This document shows positions 17,527-27,485 of a stretch of 64,000 nt of DNA, piece after piece. Source of the DNA: an uncultured Gemmatimonadales bacterium (GTDB lineage: Bacteria > Gemmatimonadota > Gemmatimonadetes > Gemmatimonadales > GWC2-71-9); contig CAVSQW010000015.1 in NCBI GenBank assembly GCA_963730185.1, positions 128,001-192,000 on the forward strand, written 5' to 3'. The position numbers and the translations under genes are program-made. A model generated the notes under the pieces. It made no database searches. It worked only from the letters and a program-made list of their open reading frames with translations, and had not been told where the DNA came from. Numbering within the stretch: position 1 is the first letter of the stretch; every line of letters starts with the position of its first letter.

Positions 17527-19424
17527 GGATCTTCAGCGATCGCATCTCGTTCAGCGGCTTCCGACGCCCGGGCCGCTGCGGCCTGGTGCAGGGCCTGCTC
17601 GGCGGGGCCGGCCCGAACGACCCGGAGGGCATTGAGGATCACCGCCACGTCGATGGCCTCCTGGATGAGGGCCCCGATCGGCGGCGCCACGAAGCCAAAG
17701 GCGGCGAAGAGCATCCCGGCGGCGCTCAGTCCCAGTCCTACGCCGATCGACTGCCGGGCGATCTGCATGGTCCGCCGGGCGATGGCTACCGCCTCGGGCA
17801 CGCGGCCCAGGTCGTCGACGAGGAGTACGATGTCCGCCGCTTCGGCGCTGATCCCGCCACCCGAGCCGGCGAGCGCGAGGCCGACACCCGCGGCGCTCAG
17901 GGCGGGCGCGTCGTTGGCGCCGTCGCCCACCATGAGCACCCGTCGTCCCAGCTTGGTGAGCCGGGCCACCAGGGCCACCTTGTCCTGGGGGAGGAGGTCG
18001 CCCCGGGCCTCGGTGATGCCGAGGGCCTCGGCCGTCGCCGTCACGTTGGCGGTCCGATCGCCGGAGAGCAGGAGGACGCGCTTGACTCCGAGATCACCGA
18101 GGGCGCGGACCACCGCGGCCGCGTTGGACCGGAGCCGGTCCGCGTAGTTGATGATCCCGGCGGCCCGGCCGTCCACCGCGATGTAGCCGCGGAGGCCGAG
18201 GCTCGGCTCCTGCTCGGCGAAGCCAGCCGCCGCGGCCGGCTCCCACTCCCGAAGCAGGCTCAGTGCCCCGACCGTCACCTGGTGGCCGTCGACTGACCCG
18301 GCCACCCCCCGCCCCGCCGCTTCGACCACGTGCTCGGCCGGCGGCAGCGGGCCGCATCGGGCGAGCGCCGCCTCGACCACGGTCGTGGCCAGCAGGTGGC
18401 CGGATCCCTGCTCCACCGCGCCGGCCAGACGGTAGAGCTCGGTCTCCTCGAACGGCGGGAGGGCGTCGATCCGGGTCACGATCGGCCGGCCCAGGGTCAC
18501 GGTCCCGGTCTTGTCGAACACCGCGGTGTCGATTTGGGCCAGCTGCTCCAGCGCGCCGCCGTGCCGGACGATGATCTGGTGCTTGGCGGCCCGGTTGATT
18601 CCGCCCAGGAAGGCGACCGGCGCCGCCAGAATCAGGGGGCAGGGGGTGGCGATCACCAGGACGGCCAGCACCCGGGTCGGGTCGCCCGACGCGAGCCAGG
18701 TAACCAGGCAGACGACGATGGTGAGAGGCGTGAACCAGATCGCCGCCCGGTCGGCCAGCCGTTGGAGCGGGGCCTTGCTCTCCTGCGCGCTCCTGACCAG
18801 CTCCACGATCCGGTTGTAGAGGCTCATGGCGGCGACGGCGGTTACCTCGACCGTCAGCGGCCCGTCCAGGTTCACCACCCCGCTCGAGAGAGCGGTGCCC
18901 GCCTCGGCGGCGAGAGGGAGCGGCTCACCGGTGAGCCGCGATGTGTCCACGCCCGACCGCCCGGCGATCACCCGGCCGTCGCAGGGCACCATCTCACCCG
19001 GACGCACCAGAACCCGGTCGCCGACGACGACCTGGTCCACCGGTACGTCCACGATCCCGTCGAGCACCACCTGGTGGGCGATGACGGGGGCCTCGGCTTC
19101 GAGCTGCTCCACTGCGCGTGACGCCCGGCGGGCGGCGTAGTCCTCCAGGGCCTCGCCGCCGGTTTGCATCAGCACGATCACCATCCCCGCGAACGGCTGG
19201 ACCAGCACGACCGCCGCGACCACGGCCAGCGAGGCGACGATGTCGGCCGCGTAGCGCCCCCGCAGCATCCCGCGGATCGTCGCGACCACGATGGGAGTTC
19301 CCAACACGACCAGCCCCACCATCCAGACGATGGTGCGGGCGGAAGGGGCGGATACGACTCGCGGGGCCAGAAGCCCCGCGAGGATCACACCGCCGGCCGC
19401 GGCGGGACGGATGGCGTGACGCAC
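17508..19424 (-). CDS. Heavy-metal P1B-type ATPase (PCP motif, P1B-5-like)
   Basis: LTGEP, ATPCP, DKTGT, GDGAND, QEAID. Confidence 0.9.
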   Translation of the reverse strand: MRHAIRPAAAGGVILAGLLAPRVVSAPSARTIVWMVGLVVLGTPIVVATIRGMLRGRYAADIVASLAVVAAVVLVQPFAGMVIVLMQTGGEALEDYAARRASRAVEQLEAEAPVIAHQVVLDGIVDVPVDQVVVGDRVLVRPGEMVPCDGRVIAGRSGVDTSRLTGEPLPLAAEAGTALSSGVVNLDGPLTVEVTAVAAMSLYNRIVELVRSAQESKAPLQRLADRAAIWFTPLTIVVCLVTWLASGDPTRVLAVLVIATPCPLILAAPVAFLGGINRAAKHQIIVRHGGALEQLAQIDTAVFDKTGTVTLGRPIVTRIDALPPFEETELYRLAGAVEQGSGHLLATTVVEAALARCGPLPPAEHVVEAAGRGVAGSVDGHQVTVGALSLLREWEPAAAAGFAEQEPSLGLRGYIAVDGRAAGIINYADRLRSNAAAVVRALGDLGVKRVLLLSGDRTANVTATAEALGITEARGDLLPQDKVALVARLTKLGRRVLMVGDGANDAPALSAAGVGLALAGSGGGISAEAADIVLLVDDLGRVPEAVAIARRTMQIARQSIGVGLGLSAAGMLFAAFGFVAPPIGALIQEAIDVAVILNALRVVRAGPAEQALHQAAAARASEAAERDAIAEDPFTPAL

Positions 19425-19434
19425 GGGGCCTCTC

Positions 19435-20133
19435 TTAGTGCCGACCGACCTTGACCGCCGCCTCCGCGTGTCGGAGGCAGAAGCCGACCCCGCGCACCGT
19501 TTCGACCCGGGGGTCGTTCACGTGCTTGGCGAGCTTGCGGCGGAGGTTACCGACGTGCACGTCGACGACATTGCTCTCGGGGTCGAAGTGCATGTCCCAG
19601 ACCTTCTCGAGGAGCGTCGTCCGCCGCACCACCTCTTCAGGATGGAGCATGAAGTACTCGAAGAGCTGGAACTCCTTCGCCGTCAGGTCCAGCCGCTGGC
19701 CGTTGGCCATGGCCTGGTGCCGCAGCCGGTCGAGCTCGAACGGACCGTAGCGAAGGACCTCCAGCCGGTCGGCGCCGCCGCGGCGGTGGAGCGCTCTGAG
19801 CCGGGCCAGGAGCTCCTCGAATCGGAACGGCTTGGTGAGATAGTCGTCGGCCCCGACGTCGAGCCCCCGTACGATGTCTTCCACCGAGTCCCGTGAGGTC
19901 AGCATCAGGATGGGCGTGTTCCGCCCTTCGCGGCGGAGCTCCGCGGCGACCTGAAACCCGCTCTTCTTGGGAAGGAGGACGTCGAGCAAAATGACGTCGT
20001 ACTCGTAGACGTGGGCCAGCATGGTGGCTTCCTCGCCGTCGGGGGCAACGTCGACGACGTACCCCTCTTCCTTGAGGCCCTGCTCGATGAAGCCCGCGAC
20101 TTTCCGGTCGTCTTCCACCACGAGGATCTTCAT
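19435..20133 (-). CDS. OmpR/PhoB-family response regulator
   Basis: VVEDD, LLD, DDYLTKPF, SNVVDVHVGNLRRKL, ETVRGVGF. Confidence 0.95.
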   Translation of the reverse strand: MKILVVEDDRKVAGFIEQGLKEEGYVVDVAPDGEEATMLAHVYEYDVILLDVLLPKKSGFQVAAELRREGRNTPILMLTSRDSVEDIVRGLDVGADDYLTKPFRFEELLARLRALHRRGGADRLEVLRYGPFELDRLRHQAMANGQRLDLTAKEFQLFEYFMLHPEEVVRRTTLLEKVWDMHFDPESNVVDVHVGNLRRKLAKHVNDPRVETVRGVGFCLRHAEAAVKVGRH

Positions 20134-20166
20134 GTCGTCTTCCTTCCCAAGGGTATCGTGAGGGAG

Positions 20167-20211
20167 AGTTTACTCGGTCCCCTCTAAACCCCGGGTCAAG
20201 GTTTTATGAAG
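20167..20211 (-). promoter_or_regulatory. Regulon promoter of the response regulator (possible autoregulation)
   Basis: Minus strand CTTCA, CTTGA, GTTTA at 11-nt period; TAAACT at +17. Confidence 0.65.
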
Positions 20212-20217
20212 AGTAGC

Positions 20218-21450
20218 TCATGGTCCCGCGGCCGGCAATCTCAGGGCGAACCGGCCGCCATGGCCGGGCTGGGCGACGGCGATCAGGTCGCCGCCCAGGA
20301 CGCGAGCCAACCGGCGGGACAGGGGGAGCCCCACGCCGTAGCCCACCCGGCCGGTCTCGGCCGCGTTCGCGGTGGTGTAGTAGATGTCGAAGATCCGCTC
20401 CACGTCGTCCTCGGCCACCCCGTCGCCCTGGTCGAGCACGGTGATCTCGACCCGACCGTCGACCGCCTCCGCGGTGAGCTCGATCTGGCTTCCGGCGGGT
20501 GTGTGGCGGATGGCATTGGTCAGGACGTTGACCAGGATCTGCTCCACCCGGTGAGCGTCGGTATGGCAGAGCAGATGGACGTCTCGAGGGGGCGTCCCGA
20601 AGGTGACCCGTTTTTCGTCCGCCGAGGGCGTAATTCGGATGATCGCTGTCTGGATCAGCTGGCAGCAGTCGACCACTTTGAGGATCGGCTTCAGGCGGTC
20701 CTCGTCGAGACGGTTCAGGTCGAGGAGGTCGTTCACCAGCGCCACCGCCTGCTCGGCCGCCTCGAGAATCTCGAATGCGCCCCGCGGCACCGTCTCGGGG
20801 TCCTTCCGGCGGACCAGCATCTCCGACCAGCCGTAGACCGCGGCCAGGGCGTTCCGGAGTTCGTGGTTGACCATCGCGAAGAACCGCTCGCGGGAGCGGT
20901 GGAGCTGCTGGACCTCCTCGAGGAGATGCGCGGTCCGCTCGTAGAGGCGGGCGTTTTCCACGGCGGAGGCGATGATCGCGGCGAGGAGCTGGGCCAGGTG
21001 CACGTCTTCGTCGCTGAACTCGGCGGCGTCGACCTTCTCGGTGAGGTAGAGGTCGCCCAGCACGCCCTGGCGCCCGACGATCGGAACGCCGAGGAACGAC
21101 TTCATGGGCGGGTGGTGCTTCGGGAAGCCGACCGACGCCGGGTGCCGCTGGATGTCGGGCAGCCGGACCATCTGGCCTTCCCGGATGACCAGGCCCAACA
21201 CACCGTGCCCGATGGGGAGGGTCCCGATCCGGGCGCGCTCGGCGTCGCCCAGGCCGGAAGTGGTGAAGCTGGCCAGCGTCTCGTTGTCGGGATTGAGCAG
21301 GCCGATGGCGCTGTACCGCGCGCTGAGCACTTCGCGGCCCAGGTCGGCCACCCGCTGGAGCACCCGATCAAGCCGAAGCTCGCCGACGAGCTCCGGAGTG
21401 ATGCGGACGAGCCGCTCGATGCGTTCGTGGGAAGCGCCGCCAGTCGGCAT
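20218..21450 (-). CDS. GAF (DosS/DevS-like) sensor histidine kinase, HisKA-HATPase, no TM
   Basis: HPASVGFPKHHPPMKSFLGVP...DLYLTEK GAF; NHELRNAL H-box; NVLTNAIRH, DQGDG, GYGVGL. Confidence 0.92.
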   Translation of the reverse strand: MPTGGASHERIERLVRITPELVGELRLDRVLQRVADLGREVLSARYSAIGLLNPDNETLASFTTSGLGDAERARIGTLPIGHGVLGLVIREGQMVRLPDIQRHPASVGFPKHHPPMKSFLGVPIVGRQGVLGDLYLTEKVDAAEFSDEDVHLAQLLAAIIASAVENARLYERTAHLLEEVQQLHRSRERFFAMVNHELRNALAAVYGWSEMLVRRKDPETVPRGAFEILEAAEQAVALVNDLLDLNRLDEDRLKPILKVVDCCQLIQTAIIRITPSADEKRVTFGTPPRDVHLLCHTDAHRVEQILVNVLTNAIRHTPAGSQIELTAEAVDGRVEITVLDQGDGVAEDDVERIFDIYYTTANAAETGRVGYGVGLPLSRRLARVLGGDLIAVAQPGHGGRFALRLPAAGP

Positions 21451-21512
21451 GGGAGAATAGTACGGGGTCGGCGGCCGATTCGCACCGGGGTCGGGAGCCT
21501 CTTGGCGCCGAT

Positions 21513-21557
21513 CTTAGTGAAGGCTTCACCCGCTCTTCATGGAGCCGCCGGTAGTGT
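21513..21557 (+). promoter_or_regulatory. Regulon promoter for usp
   Basis: CTTAG/CTTCA/CTTCA at 21513/21524/21535; TAGTGT at 21552. Confidence 0.65.
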
Positions 21558-21589
21558 TTCGCTACGAGGGAAGGAGTGCTGCAACGTCG

Positions 21590-22456
21590 GTGGACCTCAA
21601 ACACATGCTGGTGGCAACCGATGACTCGCCGGGCGGGCGGCACGCCGTCCGGACCGCGCGCGCCTTGGCGAGCGCGCTGCACGCGACCCTGGCGATCCTG
21701 ACCGTGGAGTCGGTCCGGCCGGAGGGGCCGCTGCCGGCCGGACGTCTGGTGTCGACCCGAGTGAAGGACGGGCCGCCGGTGGACGACTTGGGCAGGTTTT
21801 CGAGCTGGCTCGGGAGCGATGCCGCCACCGACGGGCTGCCCGAGCCGCCCGAGTTGGCGGTCGGGTTCGGGATCGCGGGGATCGAGATTGGGCGGTTCGC
21901 GACGCTCCGAGCGGCCGATCTGATCGTGCTCGGGCGCCGCCCTCGCGCCCCCGACCGCCGTCTCGTCTTGGGCGCGACGGCCGACGGGTTGGTTCGGCGC
22001 TCGGCTACGCCGATCCTCTTCGTTCCCCCCGAAGTCACTACGCTGCGCTCGGTGCTGCTCGCGTTGGATCCGACGGAGCGGAGCGCCCGGGTGGCGCGGG
22101 TCGGGCTCGACTTCGCGCGGACGGTGGGAGCCACGGTGGTGGAGGCCGTGACGGTCCGGCCGAGCGGGACCGGGGAGCCCAGCGCGCCGTCGGTCCTGCC
22201 GGGGCGCCGGCCGGTGCGGATCGATCAAGTGCTGCATCGGGCGGCGGCGGCGATGATCGAGCTCGGTCCGATCCCGCTCACCATCCGGCAGGGTGATCCA
22301 ATCGAAGAGGTGCTCGCGGAGGCGGCGTCCAGCGGGGCGGACGTCCTGGTGATCGGCTATCGGCGGGGTGGTCCGCCCAAATACGTGAGCCCGACGGAGA
22401 TCGCCCGGAACCTCCTGTACGCGGCGCCCTGTGCCGTGTTGACCGTCCCGCTCTAG
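21590..22456 (+). CDS. Universal stress protein, tandem domains
   Basis: MLVATDDS, DLIVLG...LGATADGLVRRSATPILFVP, PCAVLTVP; start uncertain. Confidence 0.85.
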   Translation: MDLKHMLVATDDSPGGRHAVRTARALASALHATLAILTVESVRPEGPLPAGRLVSTRVKDGPPVDDLGRFSSWLGSDAATDGLPEPPELAVGFGIAGIEIGRFATLRAADLIVLGRRPRAPDRRLVLGATADGLVRRSATPILFVPPEVTTLRSVLLALDPTERSARVARVGLDFARTVGATVVEAVTVRPSGTGEPSAPSVLPGRRPVRIDQVLHRAAAAMIELGPIPLTIRQGDPIEEVLAEAASSGADVLVIGYRRGGPPKYVSPTEIARNLLYAAPCAVLTVPL

Positions 22457-23361
22457 TCGCGGGCCGCGCGGATCGCCGCCCAGCGGCGCAGGAGAACTGC
22501 CCGCCGGCGGGCCAGGTGGCGGGCCACCAGACCGCGGTGCGGCTCGAGCAGTCCCGGCTCGCCGCTTCTTACCTTCCGTTCCACACTGGCCAGGTCATGG
22601 AGCCCCCCGAGCACGTCCTGGATCCCGGCGGAGCCGCGCCAGGCTGGCGTCGGGCTCGCGGTCGACGGGGCGGGTCAGGATCTCCACCCGGTAGCGGAGC
22701 CCCTTGATCGCCTTGCGAAGGTCGTGCAGGCATCCGTCGTCGTCGGCGGCGGTCGGCCGGCCGCCCCGGGTGGGGCGGGTCCAGGCCTCGTGCCGGGTTA
22801 CCCGGTCGCGCGCCGGGTCGAGCAGGAGGTCGGCCGCATCGCGGACCGGTCGATAGGCGAAGGGAAAGAAGCGGGGCGAGCGGACCCAGCGCCGGAGCGA
22901 TCGCTGGGTCCGCTGCAGGTCGGGATGGGCCAGCGTGTCGCGGACCCGTCGCCGGGCGGCCCGCCGCTGGGCCCTGAGCCGGCGGATCGCGTGCTGCAGG
23001 AGATCGCCCTGGACGCCCTTGGCGACCGGGACCAGGTCCTCGAGCGTCTCGAGCACCACGTCGAGGTCGCGGAGCCGGCCCAGCGATCGGCCCAGAGCCG
23101 GGCCAGCCGGGCCGTGTCGATCGGGGCGGGGAGGTCGAGGGCCTCGTGCCCGAGCGTCAAGGCGGCCCGGAGCCGCCGGAGCGCCACCCGGAGCTGGTGG
23201 AGGTCCTCGGGATCGGAGCCCAGGCGGACCAAGCGGGCATGGCGGCGGAAGCGGCGGGTCTGTTCCGCCACCGCCAGCCAGAGGGTCGCCCCCACGCTGC
23301 CGGGGGCCGTCGGGAGGGACGCTCGTTCCGGGAGCGGGAGGAGGGCGTCGATCGCGGTCAT
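22453..23361 (-). CDS. CHAD-domain (polyphosphate-binding) protein with two compensating apparent frameshifts
   Basis: EDLHQLRVALRRLR, LGRLRDLDV, LHDLRKAIKGLRY, IQDVLGGLHD in successive frames; shifts near 23098 and 22625. Confidence 0.8.
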
Positions 23362-23410
23362 GGCTGATGATACCGCCGGCTGGGCTGAGCGGAAGGCCGT
23401 CTGAACCGGA

Positions 23411-23455
23411 CTTCACGCCCCGCTCACCGCTCGCTCAGGCCGCTGGATCTACCCT
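23411..23455 (+). promoter_or_regulatory. Regulon promoter for DUF2892-acg-mgtC
   Basis: CTTCA/GCTCA/GCTCA at 23411/23422/23433; TACCCT at 23450. Confidence 0.6.
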
Positions 23456-23494
23456 ATCATGGCCGGGCTCGGGCTCGGGCCCGAAGGAGGTACC

Positions 23495-23704
23495 ATGACG
23501 CGCAATGTGGGAGGCCTGGATCGGGCGATTCGCCTGCTGCTCGGTGTGCTCCTGCTGGGGCTCTACGGTGCCCTGGATCCGCCCTGGAAGTTCGTGACCC
23601 TGCTGGGGTTGATTCCCCTTGGCACTGCCCTGACCGGAATGTGCCCCCTCTATTCGATGCTCGGGATCTCGACCCGTCGGTCGGGGCCGGGCGGGGCTCG
23701 ATGA
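23495..23704 (+). CDS. DUF2892 (YgaP-like) membrane protein
   Basis: NVGGLDRAIR...CPLYSMLGIST; AAGGAGG RBS. Confidence 0.88.
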   Translation: MTRNVGGLDRAIRLLLGVLLLGLYGALDPPWKFVTLLGLIPLGTALTGMCPLYSMLGISTRRSGPGGAR

Positions 23705-23719
23705 GCCACGGAGGCCCTC

Positions 23720-24748
23720 ATGGCCGACCTCTGGCTGGAACCGTTCGAAGAGGCCATCGCCGAGTTTCCGGTCACCGGCACGCCGAGCGAGAAGTTCTCG
23801 GCGGCGCTCCAGATCGCCTCGCGGGCTCCCTCGGTTCATAACACGCAACCCTGGTGGGCCCGAGTCCGGAGCGGCCGGCTCGAAGTCCATGCCGATGGAC
23901 GCCGCCAGCTCCTGGTGGCCGATCCCGACGGCCGGGAGATGCTGGCCAGCTGCGGTGCCCTGGTGGAGCACCTCTGGGTGGCCCTCCGGCGCTTCGGCCA
24001 CGACGCCCAGATCGAGATGCTGCCGGAAGGGCCGGGCAGCCTCCTGGTGGCCCGGATCGATCTCGGTGATCTGCATCGGGTCGATCCCAGCGATCGGCAT
24101 CTGTTCGAGGCCATCGGCGGGCGGGTCACCAACCGGCGGCCCTTCCAGCGGCGGGCGGTTCCCGAGCTGGCGCTGGAGCGGGCGTCGCGACGTGCCATTC
24201 AGCGGCGGGCCCGGCTCGGGGTGCTTCGCGACGCGGCGGAGCGATCGGTGCTGGCCGGGTTGGTAACCGAGGCGGACCGCCGGCAGATGGCCAGTCGCGA
24301 GTTCCGTCAGGAGTTGGCGAGCTGGCTCCGCCCGACCGGCAGTCGACGGCTTGACGGGATTCCCGCGCAAGCCGGCAAGGCCCCGGCCGCCATCCGACCG
24401 CTCGCCCCACTGTTGGTTCGCACCTTCGACCTGGGCGACGGGGTGGCCGCCTACGACCGGCGGCTGGCGACCGGCAGTCCGGTGCTCGCCGTGCTCTGGA
24501 CCCCCAGCGATTCCCGGGCCGCCTGGGTGGACGCCGGCCGCGCCCTGGCGCGGGTGCTGCTCTCGCTCACCGCCGACGGGATCTCGGTCTCGTTCCTCAA
24601 CCAACCGATCGAGGACCGGGAGCTCCGGCTGGAGTTGGCCCAGGCCATCGGCCCCCACGAGTTTCCCCAAATGGTGCTCCGGGCCGGCTACGGTCCAGAG
24701 CTCCCCTTGACTCCGAGGCGCCCGCTCAAGTCGATCCTCCGACCCTGA
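23720..24748 (+). CDS. Acg-family FMN-binding nitroreductase-like protein
   Basis: APSVHNTQPW, SCGA, RVTNRRPF, NQPIE, PQMVLRAGY, TPRRP. Confidence 0.9.
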   Translation: MADLWLEPFEEAIAEFPVTGTPSEKFSAALQIASRAPSVHNTQPWWARVRSGRLEVHADGRRQLLVADPDGREMLASCGALVEHLWVALRRFGHDAQIEMLPEGPGSLLVARIDLGDLHRVDPSDRHLFEAIGGRVTNRRPFQRRAVPELALERASRRAIQRRARLGVLRDAAERSVLAGLVTEADRRQMASREFRQELASWLRPTGSRRLDGIPAQAGKAPAAIRPLAPLLVRTFDLGDGVAAYDRRLATGSPVLAVLWTPSDSRAAWVDAGRALARVLLSLTADGISVSFLNQPIEDRELRLELAQAIGPHEFPQMVLRAGYGPELPLTPRRPLKSILRP

Positions 24749-24755
24749 CCCGGCC

Positions 24756-26015
24756 GTGGACATCCTGACGTTGGTGCGGAACCTGGCCGTGGCCGGTCTG
24801 GTGGGGCTCGCGGTCGGAATCGAGCGGGAATGGTCCGGCCACGCCACCGGGCCCAACGCCCGGTTCGCCGGGATCCGGACTTTCCTGCTCCTCGGGCTGA
24901 CCGGTGGCGTCGCCGGGCTGCTCGCCGGGACGGAGGGGCGAGCGCTGGCGGTGGTGCTCCTTGCCATCGCGGGCGCGCTGATCGTCGCCGCCTACGTGCT
25001 CGCGGCCCGGCGGGTCCCCGAAGCGATCGACGGCACCACCGAGGCCGCCGCGATCTTGGTACTGGGCGTCGGGGTCCTGGCGGGGCTCGGGTCGATCCGG
25101 ATCGCGAGCGGGGTCGCGGCCGTGATGGTCCTGGCGCTGAGCGAGAAGGACGCGCTCCGGCGCTTCATCGAGCGGGTCGACGCGGCCGAGCTTCGAGGGG
25201 CGTTTCAGTTCGCGGTGCTGGCGTTGGTGGTCCTGCCGCTCCTGCCCGAGGGACCGTACGGGCCGGCCGGCGCGATCCGCCCGCGGATGCTCTGGATGGT
25301 GGTCCTCCTGATCTCCGGGGTGAACTACCTTGGGTATCTCGCCCGACGGCTGGTGGGTGAGGCCCGGGGTTACGTCATCGCCGGGGGTCTGGGCGGGATG
25401 ATCTCCTCGACGGCGGTGACCTTGGCCTTTGCCCGGGCCAGTCGGAGGGAGCCGGAGCACGCCCGAGCCTTGGGGCAGGGCACCATCGCTGCGTCGGTCG
25501 TCCTGGTGCCGCGGGTGCTGGCCGTGGCTCTGGCGCTCAACCCCGGGTTTGTCCCGAAGGCGGCGCTGGCCCTGGCTCCGATCCTCCTGGTCGGGGTGAT
25601 CTCCCTCGCCCTCGGCCATCGGTCGGCCGGTGGCGGCGGTGGGAATTCGGTCCCGGCGTCGCGCAATCCGCTCGAGCTCGGCCAAGCGATCCGGATGGCG
25701 ATCCTCTTCCAGGTGGTCCTGACCGGAGTCGAGTTGGCCCGGGCCCGGTTCGGCGATCCCGGGGTGCTGGCTGGGGCGGCCGTCGCCGGACTCACCGACG
25801 TGGACGCCCTGACCCTTACCATGAGCCGGGTGGCCCAGCGCGTCGACCTCGTCACCCTCGCTGCCCAGGCGCTGGCGATCGGCGTCGTCGCCAACGCGGT
25901 GCTCAAGTCGATCGCGGCGATGGTCCTCGGGCACCCGGACTTCCGGCGCCGAGCGGTGCCCGGCCTGCTGGGCATGGCGGTGGTGGGCGTGGCGACGGTA
26001 CTCTGGCTCGGGTGA
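24756..26015 (+). CDS. MgtC/SapB + DUF4010 membrane protein
   Basis: GIERE, AGIRTF, GGMISSTAVT, GLTDVDA. Confidence 0.88.
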   Translation: MDILTLVRNLAVAGLVGLAVGIEREWSGHATGPNARFAGIRTFLLLGLTGGVAGLLAGTEGRALAVVLLAIAGALIVAAYVLAARRVPEAIDGTTEAAAILVLGVGVLAGLGSIRIASGVAAVMVLALSEKDALRRFIERVDAAELRGAFQFAVLALVVLPLLPEGPYGPAGAIRPRMLWMVVLLISGVNYLGYLARRLVGEARGYVIAGGLGGMISSTAVTLAFARASRREPEHARALGQGTIAASVVLVPRVLAVALALNPGFVPKAALALAPILLVGVISLALGHRSAGGGGGNSVPASRNPLELGQAIRMAILFQVVLTGVELARARFGDPGVLAGAAVAGLTDVDALTLTMSRVAQRVDLVTLAAQALAIGVVANAVLKSIAAMVLGHPDFRRRAVPGLLGMAVVGVATVLWLG

Positions 26016-26036
26016 CGGCGGTGACCCGTGTGGCCG

Positions 26037-26081
26037 TTTCGGGAGACTTTCACGTCTCCTTCAGGCGCGAGCGGGCATCTT
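26037..26081 (+). promoter_or_regulatory. Regulon promoter for usp
   Basis: TTTCG/TTTCA/CTTCA at 26037/26048/26059; CATCTT at 26076. Confidence 0.6.
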
Positions 26082-26132
26082 CCGAGTGTGAAGGATTCCT
26101 TGGAGTAACGATCCGAGAAGGAGGGTCAAACC

Positions 26133-27056
26133 GTGTTGCGAACCATCGTAGTGCCCCTCGACGGGTCGCGTTTCGCCGAGACGGCGGTGGCGCCGGCGGC
26201 CGAGTTGGCCAGGAAGGCCGGGGCGCGCCTCCACCTCGTGATGGTCCACGAGCCCATCTTGGCCCTGGTCCCGGCGGCGGACGTGCCGGCGCCGGCGGCG
26301 CCCGACGACGTCGAGCTGCGCCAGCAGGAGCAGGCCTATCTCACCGAAACCGCCGAGCGGCTCGGCACCGTCGGCTCGGGCCCGGTCAAGCTGGAGCTGG
26401 TGGACGGCATGGCCGGCCCGGCCCTGACCGACTACGTCGCCAAGGTGCGTCCCGATCTGGTCATCATGTCGACCCATGGCCGGGGTCCGCTGAGTCGCTT
26501 CTGGCTGGGGAGCGTGGCCGATCATCTGATCCGTCACGCTTCGGTGCCGCTGCTGCTGTTGCGGCCCAAGGACGGCGAGAAGGCCCAGCCCGAGGTGCTC
26601 GAGCTCCGCTCGGCGCTGGTCCCGCTCGATCTCTCGGACGAGGCCGAGACGGTGGTGCCGGTGCTTCGTGACCTGATCCGGCTGACCGGCGGCGAGATCA
26701 CCCTGCTGCACGTCGTGGAGCCGATCCTGGGGATCTCGGGCGCGGTGCCGCCCTATCCGGTGGCTGTACCGGCCGATCAGCTCGAGTACTCGCGGGAGGA
26801 AGCCCAGAAGCGGCTCGAGGGCGTCGCGGTCCGGCTCCGGACCGACGGGCTCACCGTGTCGAGCCGGGTGGTGGTGGGTCTGGGGGTGGCCGGGACGGTG
26901 CTCGAGACCTTGGAACAGTCGCACCTCGACTTCGTGGCGATGTCGACCCACGGGGCGGGCGGCTTCAAGCGGCTCCTGGTCGGGAGCGTGGCGGACAAGG
27001 TGATTCGCGCGTCGTCGCACCCGGTGCTGGTCTACCGGCCGCCCGCCAAGGCCTGA
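26133..27056 (+). CDS. Universal stress protein, tandem domains
   Basis: VVPLDGS, STHGRG...LGSVAD, STHGAGG...GSVADKVIR. Confidence 0.93.
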   Translation: MLRTIVVPLDGSRFAETAVAPAAELARKAGARLHLVMVHEPILALVPAADVPAPAAPDDVELRQQEQAYLTETAERLGTVGSGPVKLELVDGMAGPALTDYVAKVRPDLVIMSTHGRGPLSRFWLGSVADHLIRHASVPLLLLRPKDGEKAQPEVLELRSALVPLDLSDEAETVVPVLRDLIRLTGGEITLLHVVEPILGISGAVPPYPVAVPADQLEYSREEAQKRLEGVAVRLRTDGLTVSSRVVVGLGVAGTVLETLEQSHLDFVAMSTHGAGGFKRLLVGSVADKVIRASSHPVLVYRPPAKA

Positions 27057-27059
27057 GCG

Positions 27060-27467
27060 TCAGCCGGCGAGCGCCGCCGCGACGGCTTCGATGCGGCGGC
27101 GCGCCTCGGCGGCGATCGGTTGAATCGCCGGATCGTCCGCGAGGCCGCCGAGTCCCATCATCGCGCCGGGGTTGCCGACCCGCACCAGGGTCCGGTCGGC
27201 TCCGGCGCTTTCCACGGTCACCGTACAGGGAAGCAAGAGCCCGACGTCGGCTCGGGCCGACAGCGCCCGGTGGGCCAACTCCGGGTTGCAGGCGCCGAGG
27301 ATGGCGTAGGGGCGGAAGTCCTGGCCGAGCTTCTCCTTGAACGTCTGCCGCACGTCGATCCGGGTCAGGATCCCGAACCCCCGGGCTTGGAGCGCATCGG
27401 TGACCCGGGTAAGGGCCTGGTCGTAAGGCTCGGCCAGCAGGGCTTCGAAGAAGAGGGGCTCGGCCAT
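27060..27467 (-). CDS. DUF302 family protein
   Basis: GFGILTRIDV, ILGACNP, GLLLPC. Confidence 0.88.
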   Translation of the reverse strand: MAEPLFFEALLAEPYDQALTRVTDALQARGFGILTRIDVRQTFKEKLGQDFRPYAILGACNPELAHRALSARADVGLLLPCTVTVESAGADRTLVRVGNPGAMMGLGGLADDPAIQPIAAEARRRIEAVAAALAG

Positions 27468-27485
27468 GGCGAGGTCTCCGGGGGG

